Assembly (NCBI RefSeq): GCF_009914755.1 | Contig: NC_060928.1 | DNA length: 64,000 nucleotides | Source: the human T2T-CHM13v2.0 reference genome, Homo sapiens | Direction: 5' to 3' (one strand) | Shown here: in pieces, positions 1 through 11,779 of the stretch | Layout of the letters: every line of letters begins with the position of its first letter | Position numbering within the stretch: the first letter of the stretch is position 1 | Program-made: the position numbers and the translations under genes | Notes under the pieces: model-generated | What the model saw: the letters and a program-made list of their open reading frames with translations, nothing else | The model's database searches: none | What the model was told of the DNA's origin: nothing

Positions 1-850
1 AGTTAGAGGACTTTAGAATTCCAAACAATCCCATTCGAAGTGAAACAGTCACTTACCAGGATTCTTCTGACCTACTCTGGGTTTTAATGTTGTCTTCTCT
101 TTAAAGCAATTAAGAATCTCTGCTTTCTAACAGATAAATAGAGTTGAAAGAATAATTAAAATGTGGAGCAGAAAATACCCTACCGTGTTTCATATGAGAA
201 CATGGCAAAAAAGGAGCCAAGCAAATCCACAGAAATTCAAAAGACCTTATCTCAACTGCAATGTTTTTGGTAACAAGTTAAAATACCTTTTTAAAAAAAT
301 GAAAGTCCAACGTGTTAGTGTACTGCCACTATAGTAAGTTTCCTCATGTAAATTATCTCTAAGTTCCTGCTAAGGTTCTATGTAGGCTTTTAGTGATGGG
401 GAAGAGAAATCAACTTCATGCACATTTCCTGGATGTGCTTTTGGCTGAACCAAGAGAAACACTTTTCCCACCTCCTCAAACATTATAACCTTTAGTTTAC
501 AAAATTACTGTGGCATCACTGTGTATCAGTTTATATTTATAATGCCTCCTGTGAGTGGGCTCTTGCAAGAGGTGTGGCCTTTGCACGGCCTACCAGAGAC
601 ACAGAGAGCCACTCTGCTGCTTGCACCCAGGCACAGTCACACTGTGGAGCCTGGAGAGAGGACTCTTCTACCCTGTACAGGTGATGCAGCATAAACCCTG
701 GGGTCTCAGTCCCAGGGAAAGTTTGACAGCCCTCAGATGAGAAATATGAGAGATGCATTACTTGCCTTTGTATTTCAGGTTTATAAAGGAAATGGCCTCA
801 AATAACAACCAATCAAATGGCCCCATGCCTCCCAGGAGTTCAGCTCCTCA

Positions 851-1390
851 TGTTACCAGAAAGGAGTCCCAGTCTAGACCCCAAGAGAGGGTTCTTGGAT
901 CTCATGCAAGAAAGAATTCAGGGCGAGTCCATGGTGCAAAGCAAAAGCAAGTTTATTAAGAAAACAAAGTTTTGAAAGACAGCTATCCTGTAAACAGAGT
1001 AGGACATTCCGGAAAGTAAGAGGAGGAATGCGTCCACCCTAGGTACAATACTTGTTTATATATAAGATTTAAAAAAAAATCATGGGGAGATGTGCTTTGC
1101 TACGAGGGTTTGTGATAAATGATTAATTTTCTTCATTATTATATTTTGCGAGAATCGATATTATTATCCTTAAAGCAAAATTAGGAATGCTTCTGTTCTC
1201 AAGATACCAGGATATCAGTACACTTCTAAGTCTGGGTCTGTTTAGTAAATGTTATCAATCTGTTCCCTTAACTGTAAACACCAGAGGCTAGCAGTACCTA
1301 ACTTTCTGGGAATGCAGCGTAGCAAGTCCCAACCTCATTTTCCTAGTCCTCACTCAAGATGGAGTTTCTCTGGTTGGAATACGTCTGACA
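851..1390 (-). mobile_element. MER41-family ERV1 solo LTR (subfamily uncertain)
   Basis: Starts TGTTACCAGAAAGGAGTCCC..AGACCCCAAGAGAGGGTTCTTGGATCTC and ends ..AAGATGGAGTTTCTCTGGTTGGAATACGTCTGACA. These are the reverse complements of the MER41 termini (TGTCAGA..AACCAGAG.AACTCCATCTTGA). TG..CA ends present. Confidence 0.85.
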
Positions 1391-2162
1391 CTTGGACATG
1401 TTTTTTAAAGTTAAAAAAAAAAACATGCAAAAAAGCAAACAGAACTGGTTTATATTTTCTTCAGGGCCTCAACCCATCTGTCTGAATTGAGCCCAGAAAC
1501 CTGAAAGCTGGGCATTACCTTAAAACCTTTAGTTATTCACATTGGTGACTCCTGATTGTCCCCTCACACAGACAGCCAAAATATCTTCCCATCTTCTGCA
1601 AAATTATTCTTCCAAATTCTCATTGTTCATCTTGCAGATATGAGGTTGTTGTATCCTAGGAAAGAATGTCAGCCTCTTGCATCCCCTACAATTGGTGAGA
1701 GAAGCCCTGACCTCAATAGCATGAGAAGACCTGGATTCTGATGCGAGCTCCACTAGCAGCCTGCTCTCCTGACTCCCCAGTGATCATTTCTCCTGTGTAC
1801 TCTGGGGCTGATACCTACCCTGTCTTCCTGCTTTGCCCTTGAGGACTTTAGATGAGCAAAATGCAAGAGACATTCCTATGAAAGGTGTGTGGCATCATGC
1901 AATGTGTAGTATTTATAATCCTTTTGTCCACTCGGCCTTGTCACCCTTACAAAGACAATACATCTCACCTTGGTACCCAACTGCCTTTTGCTTCTCAGTG
2001 CTAGAGGTGCTACTGCTGTCTATAACCACACTTCTCTTCCTTTTCATTCTCTGCTTATTGGTACATTTCTAAATGGAGACAATTTCTGGACAGTTACATT
2101 GTAAGGAGGAAAGCTCTTCTTTCAAAAGTTATGGAAAGATCAGCTCTAAGTGAGGGCAGTGC

Positions 2163-2400
2163 CATTCATTCATTAAACCACTCTTTATGGAGTGGGTACT
2201 GTGAGCCCACCACTATGCTGTTATGCACTTGAATTCAGCAGTGAACAGCACAGGCAAGGTCCCTGCTCTTGTGAAACTTATATCTTGAGTTGAGAGGAGG
2301 ACAAGAGAGAAATAGAGTAGAAAAGAAAACAAAAATAAACCAGATAACCACACAGTGCGGTGAGAACTGTATGTAGAGTTCTGATACAAGCCCCAGATAG
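2163..2400 (-). mobile_element. L2 LINE 3' end fragment
   Basis: CATTCATTCATT.. followed by CAGTGAACAGCACAGGCAAGGTCCCTGCTCTTGTGAAACTTATATCT, typical of an antisense L2 tail. Confidence 0.7.
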
Positions 2401-3589
2401 GCCACGACTTTGGGGAGGGGGAAACACCAACATGCACATAGTAAATTCCCTGTCAACCTGCAATTGACCTGGGAAACTGCACTCCTCAAAAAGTGACTTC
2501 ATGTAGGTTCCTTTTGAATGGGCACTTGTGATCACATAACCCAGTGAGTGAAAAGTCACTTGGCAGTGTAGAGACCTGTGTCTTCATATCTGAAATGCCA
2601 AAAAGTAGGGTTTAATATGTTGTTTTCATTTTAATTATATTTGTGTTCATCCACAAGTATAGAAGCTAAAAAAGTAAAAAGGATGAAAAATGCATTAGTT
2701 ATCCTATTTCCATGATTCTACCCTCTTGCCTAAAGACCTTCTCCAATTTTTCTATCAGACTTTAAGAATATCAAAATAAAGTTTTTGAAGGGTTGTTTCC
2801 TTTTTTTAAGTTTTCTATGTCTTCATAGCTGTCAAAGTATTTCATCTTTTTTCTCAAAACATTTGCAAGCCTTGCTGTCACCCACTAATGACCTATTTCA
2901 GACTCTTATTTCCCTCTGAAGGGATTTCCTATATTCTTTATTGCAACTCCTCTGATATGACATTATATTCTAATTGGAATAACCACTCCAACACTTCCTT
3001 TACCCTCAACCCCTAAACTGCAAATGATACCCCAGTATCCTGACCCCTAATTTCAAAAATAGTTTCCTACTTCATCCTCATCCCATATTATGTATATCTG
3101 CTTCTCTTTTTTCTTCTCCAAGATGTGGCTGTCAATTGGCAGCAGATCCAGGAACAGCAGCAGGCTATTCACACCCTCAGTTCTGTATCCTGCTCAGTTT
3201 TCCTCCAGCTGACCATAGGCATCTTACCCAAAGTGAGCAATAGCTATTTTGGAAACCTTTTCCACACCAGCAGGCAAGGCTTTGAGACTGTAAAAGAAAA
3301 AAGCATCGGAAAAGGCAAAAATCCTCACTCACAGTTTTCAGCAGGAAACAAAATGTCTCCAAAATCATGCAGCCACACTGTGGCCAGACAAAGACAGCAG
3401 GAAGAACCACCCCCACACCTCCAGCCATCCTCCACTGTGAAGCAAGATTTCCTTTCCTTTCACAGCAGCTGTGGATGGCGTTGTGGAACCTCACATCATC
3501 GTGAGCACAGGACAAATTTTTTATTCTCAAATAAAATACGAGGAACTGAAAGTATTCCAAATCACAGCTTTAAAAATGTAATTGTGTGA

Positions 3590-4030
3590 CCTTTTGACAA
3601 GGTCTCAGCCCATCTTTCCAACATTACCATCCACAGTGCTCCTTCATGCATGGCAGATTCCTAACAAAACACTGGAGCATCATTCCCTAAACAAAACTGG
3701 CACTTTCCAACCTCTGAGCTTCTGCTCTCCAAGTCCTCTCTCTTAGACTGTTCTTCATTCTCAGCCCTCATTTGAGGCTTTTTCAACTGCTGCCTCCCCC
3801 ATGAATTTTTCCCCACTTATCCCAAGACAAACTCTGTCTCCCCCTTGTTTGTGCTCTCCTAACACATTGCTTACAGATCTACAATAAAATTAGTCACATT
3901 CTGTCTTATGTCAAAGCTGTTGACTATAAACTCATAACAGATTAAGTCCTGGGTCTCAATGATCCTGGTTTTCCATCTAGTGTCTAGCTTATGTAATAGG
4001 CAATATTGAAACATGTTAAATATAAGCGAT
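3590..4030 (+). mobile_element. Degenerate L2 fragment
   Basis: Pyrimidine-rich L2-like body ending TCTAGTGTCTAGC..TAATAGGCAATATTGAAACATGTT. Heavily diverged. Confidence 0.45.
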
Positions 4031-4240
4031 CGTAAATAATGACTTTTCTTCAGTGATAGATTGTAGAGGTAATGAAGCTTCTCTTGTGAATATGTGATTG
4101 TCTCTTCTCTCTTGTGTGATGCTGAGACGCTGAACAGAGTAACTGGTACGTAGCAATAATTCCTCATATTTTTGCAATTCTGGGGAAGGAGGAGGAAGAG
4201 GATGATGATATGAAAACGGGAAAAAGAGAGAGGTGATCCC

Positions 4241-4764
4241 TATGGTGGTTTAAAGATGGCCACAAAATTTTGACAGTCCTCCCATGAAGAGGTGGGCTCT
4301 CGGTGCCCTTTTCTTGAATGTGAGGGGGCTCTGGAACTCCCTTGACCAATGAAGTAAGGTGGAAGTAACGCCGTGCCAGTTTCCAAGCCGAGATCTTACA
4401 ACACTGGCAGCTTCCACTGCTGCCTCTTGGAAAACTCATTCTTGGAACCCAGTTGCCACACTGTGGATGCTCAAGTAGCCCAAGGAGAAGCCTATGTGGA
4501 AATGAATCAGGAGTCAAAACCAACAGCCCCAACTGTACCTCCAGTTAACAGCCAGCGACAATTTGCCAATCATATGTGTCAGCCCTGTTGGAAGTGGCTC
4601 CTCCAGCCCCAGATGGACCACCCTAGCCTGACACCATGAGAGCAGACAAGCCATACCTCCAAAACCCTACCCAATGCAATTCATGAGCAAATCAAATGAG
4701 TGTTGTTATTTCAAGCCATTAAGTCTTGGAATCATTTATTTAAAAGCATTTAATAACTGGGACA
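4241..4764 (+). mobile_element. MLT1H-like MaLR solo LTR
   Basis: 5' GATGGCCACAAAATTTTGACAGTCCTCCCATGAAGAGGTGG and 3' GTTGTTATTTCAAGCCATTAAGTCTTGG..AATAACTGGGACA match MLT1G/H termini. Confidence 0.8.
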
Positions 4765-6124
4765 GCCACTTACCTGACTTTCTTTTTGTCCTTTCAGATA
4801 AGTCCCACATTTCAAATATCTAAAAAATTTCTGAGATTTTTCAATATTCAGAATATTTCAGCTTGGTCAGTTGATGAACGAGCTACTCTTTTTGAGTGAA
4901 CTACAAGCTGTATATGGTGTTTAAACCACACCAAAAAATCTCTCTGGGTGACAGATGAACCTGAGTAGGATGTGGACCTCCCACCCTACTCCAGCTAAAG
5001 CTGCTTCTCTTCCATCTGTTTTCATGTCATGAGTTCCCCTTAAAAATCCACTGGAACAAAAGATCCAATAGCAGCAAAACGTACAAAAGGTGCTGTTCTA
5101 AAGTATTAGGCCCAGTAAATTTGACTCTGTGGCCCCTGCTAGTAGCTCGGATTACTTTCACAAAACAATGAAACAACCACTTAAATCATCTTCCGTTTAT
5201 AAGCAAAACTAAACGGAAACCCTAGTTAAATTTTCTACAACCTCTCATATGCTGGGCACTTTTGCTTCTGCCTGGGATACCTGGTACATGAAAGGTAACT
5301 CCTGTTGCTTTCAGAAGCTCCGTCTATTCGCAGCAAAGCAGTGACACCTGCTTGGAAAAATTCCTCCCAGGAGTCATGGATGACATTTCTGGGAAAGATC
5401 CCAGAATGGCACATTGGAAATTAATAAGCGTACCAAGCAAATGGCTCCTGTGGAAGCTGTACCCTCTTGTTCATTCAGCAGAATTGTATTGTCAGTGTAA
5501 TGACCTACCTGTCTCCCTGGACCACTACTACTGACTGCTGAAGCCATTTGACATTCTGTCTTGTAGGTTGAGGCTTGCTTTAGACACCAGAACCCCATAT
5601 ATCCCTAGTCAGGGGTAATTTAGGGACATACAAGTCAGAAATACAAGTGTTTGGGATGGAATTTGACCTTGGTAGTTCCAGTCTCACTTTATGATCGTAT
5701 TCTAGTAACTAAACATGACCTTCCTCCCTTGACCAGGTGCCTACATTTCTCCCCAGGTTACAACCACTGCATTCCAACCTTGCTCCCCACCGCAACAAAC
5801 AGCCTTATCCTCATTTCTTCAAAACCAGAGCCCTGTGGTTTGTCTAGTCTTTCAGTCTGGCAGACTCCCTGACAATGATGCATGCCTTCCTGAGTCTGAG
5901 TGTCTTGCCTTTTGCCAGACCCCCTGCCACCACACTCCCCCTCCCTGCAGAAGCACCACCTGTCGCCTCTTGCTCGCCCACCCTGACACTGGCACTTCTC
6001 CAGCAGCCACCACACTTTTCAGACGCCACACATAACGTGCAGGTCAGACTGCTCCCATTCCTGCAAGCAGGGTCACCCTCTCAGGGCCTACCTTGCCACA
6101 AGGGTGTGGACTCGTCCTGAGATG

Positions 6125-6535
6125 TCGCTTTATCTTTTTCTCAGGACTACCAAAACAAAGTACCACAGACTGGGTTGCTTAAACAAAAGAAATTTACTGT
6201 CTCACGGTCCTAGAGGCTAGAAATCCGAGATCAAGGTGTTGGCCGGGTTGGTTCCTTCTGAGGGATGTGAGGGAGAATCTGTTGCAGGCCTCTCGCCTTG
6301 GCTTCTAGACGGCCGTCCGATCCCTATGTGTCTTCACATCATCTTCCCTCTCTGCATGTGTGTCCAAATTTCCACTTCTTATGAGAACACATTGAATTAG
6401 AGCCCACTAGAATAACCTAATTTTAACTGACTTACCTTACTGAAGACCCTGTCTTGAAATACAGTCACATTCCGCGTTACTGGGGGTTGGGACTTCAGCA
6501 TGTGAATTTGGGGGGACACGATTCAGCCGATGACA
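6125..6535 (-). mobile_element. MLT1B/C-like MaLR solo LTR
   Basis: AAAGTACCACAGACTGGGTTGCTTAAACAA..GAAATTTA..CTCAC..CTAGAGGCTAGAAATCCGAGATCAAGGTG ... GGGACACGATTCAGCC..ACA. Confidence 0.85.
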
Positions 6536-6673
6536 GCTGCCCTCCTGCCAGTGTTCTTCACCCCACTCCCTACTTAGGTCTGAGCTTTTAAGGGTATCAG
6601 AGCAGTGATTTTCAAGTCAATCTCACATGTATAATGAGAGGATCCCAGTTTACATCTAAAATGTTCACTGTTG

Positions 6674-7055
<382 letters not shown>

Positions 7056-7066
7056 TCACCTTTACC

Positions 7067-7472
7067 TGACATTGTTTGGACGTTTGTCCTCTCCAAATTG
7101 CATGTTAAAATGTAATCCCCAGTGCTGGAGGTGGGGCCCAGTGGGAGGTGTTCGGGTCATGGAGGCAGATCCCTCATGAATGACTTAGCACCATCCCGTT
7201 GATGATGCATGACTTCTCTCTTGGTGAGTTCACACGAGATCTGACTCCTGCCTCCTCTCTCTTGTTCCTGTTCTCGCCATGTGAGACACCTGCTCTCCCT
7301 TCACCTCCCACCATGATTGTAAGCTTCCTGAGGCCTCACTGGAAGAAGCTAAGAAGATGTTGGCGCCATGCTTGTATAGTCTGAAGAACCATGAGACAAT
7401 TAAACCTCTTTTCTTTATAAATTACCCAGTCTCAGGTATTTCTTTATAGCAACACAAAAATGGACTAAGACA
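7067..7472 (+). mobile_element. MST (MSTA/MSTB) MaLR solo LTR
   Basis: TG..CA termini, internal CCACCATGATTGTAAGCTTCCTGAGGCC and AATTAAACCTCTTTTCTTTATAAATTACCCAGTCTCAGG. Perfect 5-bp TSD TTACC (7062-7066 and 7473-7477). Confidence 0.92.
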
Positions 7473-9915
7473 TTACCTAAGAGGCTGAGGAACCTCTAGG
7501 AGTAAAGGACCCAAAAGAGGGCTGACAGACGAGTGGCCAGTGGCCAGAGAGGAAGAGCATGGTCTCTGTCACCTGGATATTTCTTCTAACCCCCATACAT
7601 TCTTATTCCTTGGGGAAAAAATAGACCTCAAATTAAAACAGAGGAATTATTTTTCTTTTTTAAAATGTTTTTAGCTTTAGTAGCACAAAGTGATGCTGCT
7701 TTGGTACCTGGCTAGTAGGGAACAACATGATTCTTATTCTCCCACCTAAAATAGCATAGCTAAGTACACAAATAGCTTGGAGAACTCAGGGAAGTTCTGA
7801 GCATCAAGGGCTCTGGTACATCAATTAGATAAGACGTAAGTGGTAGTGTCTGGTGGATGCGGGAATGCCTAGAAAAAGCAGTAGCAGGCCGTGTGGTGGC
7901 CAGCAGATACCATGTGGTAGTAGGTGAGTGCCCTAGTCCACAGACATGCTAAGTCATGTCATGGAGACACTCAGAAATTAATGGGGGTGGAGGGGGGTGA
8001 TTTTGAAAAGAGCTAGAGTATTTCATAGCAGGTAAAAGCAAGAGTTAAGAAAATGCAAATTGCCTTTAAAAATAATGGTTTCTTAGGCCTAACTGAATAA
8101 CTAGGGCCACCCAAGTCACAGTTAAAGACAGGATTTCTAGAAAACTGAGATTTTAAAAAGAGCTCCTAATTGAGTGCAATAAATATCCATTTGGCTTTAG
8201 CTAAGTCTGAAAGGTTATAATTTAATTTGAGCATCAGGTCAGTACATTTCCTCTTGTAACCCCATGTTAAAGTGCACACGCCTGTTTCTTTGAACACTTG
8301 TAAACTGTCATCTTCTTCCAGGCCATGCAACTGGGTGTTAGGAAATCCTACAAAGAGATATGTATTTCATCCACCTTGGTTTCACCCACCAACTTCACTT
8401 CAGTGAAGAAGAGTGATGATAGAACTTCCTTGGCTGGCTTCATTTAAAAAAACAAAATTCCCAGAGGAGACAGCATTTGAGCATCAAGAGACTTTCAACA
8501 AACCAAATAGCTGCCAGGTTCAACTGCTAAAATCCTATCGTTTCATTGAGCCCCGTTGACTCTTAATTGTGGTTTGTAGCAAAATCCCAGGCCTCTTGCA
8601 ATGAATCCACTAACCAAGGTGGAAGGTTTATGACAACTTTATTTTCCTTGTCAAAAACTACATGAGAGAATGAAGTAGAAAAGGGTAACAAAGGGCAGAA
8701 ATCCTGAGGCTAAATTACAGGTTTATATACCCATGAAATATTATTAGCCTAGTCAAATTCCTACCAAGCTTCTGCATTCTGTCCATTTAGATTTCTCTGC
8801 GGCTTCAGTGGGACACTCTGCTCTATGCTTGACTGCCTCGTGAAGAGTTGTTATTTAATAGTTGATACATTCCACCCAGCTGTGGCAACAATTCCCCACA
8901 GAGGTTTTACTTTATTTTAATTTTTCAAAGCTTTGCAAAAATTCTTTAGTGTAACAGAAGTAATACACAGAGATGGGATGTTTTATCAAGGTTGTTTTTA
9001 ATAGAGCTATGACTAACTGGTGGTGACTAATGTGGACCTCCAAGTTCAATCACTTGAGAGCTTCAGTGACGTAGTACCTGATCACGATAGACCTCCAACA
9101 AATATCACTTCCCTTTTCATTCAAGGTGACCACATGTGTGGGTGTATATCCAATTACAGCAAAAAAAAAAAAAAAAATTAAATACAGTCCTTAATTATAT
9201 CTGAGACCTTACATTTTCAGCCCAAATTTCAAATCTATAAGGAGATCCTTTGGCTTTGCTGCTGTATGAATAAAGCATCCCACTGAATTCACTCTGTCTC
9301 GGCTACTGGCCTGGGATGTCAGCACATGGTCACCAGTCAGTGATGTAGAGATCAAGAAGGGAGCTGCAACTCTGCAAAGAGAAACCTCATTGCTTCAAGT
9401 CTGATTTGAAGCCTGGACATCTGGGAGATTAATGGCTGAAGCAGAAGATTGAGGCAGGCTAGAGAGCTTAGAGGAGCACTTCCGTTTGTTTCCACGTGCA
9501 TTCTGACCTTGAGTTTAAAAAAGGCAGATACACACCAGAAGTGGCAGGCACACCACAGTTTCTGCCTGGGAGCAGCCACAGGCTCCCTTGCCCTTCAGAT
9601 TCTGGTAGAATTTGGCCAACAGGGAGGCCTAGTAGAAGATTGAAGGGAGAGAGAAGAGTGATAGCAAAGGATTTTTCCCCCCAGCCTTTTCCAGCCATTT
9701 GCAAACCTCCACCTAAGGTTACGGGCCCTGTCAAGACAGCCTACCCTATGTAACTCTCTCCAAACCAGGCCCCAGGACCACTCCTTCCCCTGATCTCCTA
9801 AGCCCTGGGGAGGCCAATTTTCCCCAGGCTCTTCACCTTCATTTGAAGTTTTCCTACACCCCAGCCACAACTTTGTGACTTGACTCTTTATTAAACCAGC
9901 CTCAAATTATCCTTT

Positions 9916-9984
9916 AAAAATGTCAGAAAAGAGATGCTTCCTTCATTAAAAAATGTCAGAAAAGAGATGCTTCCTTCATTAAAA
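9916..9984. repeat. Perfect 33-bp tandem duplication
   Basis: AAAAATGTCAGAAAAGAGATGCTTCCTTCATTA occurs at 9916-9948 and 9949-9981 with no mismatch. Confidence 0.97.
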
Positions 9985-10299
9985 CATTCATACTTCATAT
10001 AAGTCTAATGAAGACTCCTCAGCCACTTATATGCATGCAAAGAGAGTTACTATGAAGATCTTTGGACACCAGTGTCCAACTCCATCATTCATTCTCTCAA
10101 CCAATATGTATTTTATTGGTCGATTTCTCTATGCTGAATGCAGACACTGCTCTAGGCAGCCTGGTGAGTGCAGTGAGGTAACTGACAGTCCTGCCTCTCT
10201 TGCTCTGTAGGTGACGTCACTCAGCTTGCCATACATCTGCTCTCCATCCCCTTTCCTCTGTGCTTCACGCCTGAACTTGACTGCACCACAACCTCCACA

Positions 10300-10760
10300 C
10301 TAGTGCCTCTGCCTCCCTTCTCTGCAGTCTCTCCTCCACAGCACAGTCTTTAATGCACAGATAGGACCGTTGCACAGCTTGATAGAAAGGCTATTTCTCA
10401 ACTCCTGAGCATGCTATGTGGTCCATGCCGACCTTTCCGTCCTATGCTCCCCTCATACCAAACCTTGGTGTTCCTCCAATCTGCCAGGCTCTTTCATGCC
10501 TCTGTGATTCTCACATACTGTTCTGGCTTCTTGGAATGCTCTCTCCCTATTATCTTCCTGGAAAATTCCTAACTCAAGTAAGTCTACCAAGCCTGCAGGA
10601 GGACTAGAGGGCAGGATTAAATGCTCTCTCCTGGGTGGTCCCATAGCAGCCCACACACACCTCTGCTATGTCACTTATCATATTGTGCTACAAAGCTGGG
10701 TCACCTGTCATCTCTCCTACCATGCTTGCCTTGTGGGCAGAGCCCTTGTCATCTTAATTA
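10300..10760 (+). mobile_element. L2 fragment
   Basis: TGCCAGGCTCTTTCATGCCTCTGTGATTCTCACATACTGTTCTGGCTTCTTGGAATGCTCT resembles the L2 3' region. Confidence 0.6.
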
Positions 10761-11779
10761 TGAAGCAGAACACTCCTCTAAAAGCTGCCCATGGCTATTT
10801 CTGCATTCTAGGTTGTGCAACAGAATTTATCTTTGGGGAAAAATTGTGTTTTTTTTTTGTTTAAATTTGGCAAAACAATGTGGCATGCTTTTTAAGCAAA
10901 GAAAATGTCCAAAAGCAGACTAAAACAATGAGAAGCCAAACAGTGTTAAAATTAAGCCCTTGGTGGCCTGATGTACCTCTAAGGACACGTTATCTGGCTA
11001 CTAAGTCTTCTCTGCTCTTCCCTAGTGAGGAGCCTGAGACTAAGAGATAGAGAAAACATGGATGGGTGGGAGTAGACCACACCAGCAAGATAGCCAATGG
11101 CCAGGGCCAAAAGAGATGCCTTTGGAGTAGTGCTAGCCAATATCTCACTTGAGCTTTGCTTTTCTGTTATCAATTTCTCACAATAAGTTCTAAGATATCA
11201 CTCTGATCTGTTCTCTCCTACCCCACAGTAGCAGCCTTAGGCAAATAAGGAAGAAAATATGTTTATGCTTCAGGGTAAATTAGAGCACCGAGAGCTGGAG
11301 CAGCAGGAGAGAGTGAAGAAAAGCTGTGATGACAGGAGCCCAAGCCAGAGCAGTGGCAGAGAAAGAGGTGACATCAGCAGGCAGGTGCATCCTCACGTAA
11401 TCTTTAGGAAGAGTGACTGAATTTCCTACAGTCCACAGAACAGATGCATGTGCCCCTTTATTTGGCTAACAGAATAGAGAGTTATCCTGGAAGGCTGACA
11501 ACTTTTTATGTAATTAAGTCGTATTTGTAATGTTAGCAATTAGCATGGTTCCAGGCACATTGAACATGCCCTAAAAATATTTGATAAGTGAATGAATGAA
11601 CGAGTAATGAATAAAGGACTGGAAGTTTCCCTTCAAGGTGGTCTCAAGTATTTGTTCTTTCTGACATTCACATCATGTTTCTCTTTCCTCTTGTTACTTT
11701 GTGCTTACAAAAGCTTTAAGGAGCTGGAAAAGAAGGCAAAAGCAAAGACAACAAGACCCTGTAGTGCCAAGTCCAGGGT

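Noticed and set aside
540-850. Possible short intron 681-778 (CAG/GTGATG ... TTTGTATTTCAG)
   Set aside because: Weak donor and no defined upstream acceptor; not supportable without transcript data.
9916-9984. 33-bp direct repeat as a CRISPR-like array
   Set aside because: Two adjacent copies with no spacer, in eukaryotic DNA with no cas genes.
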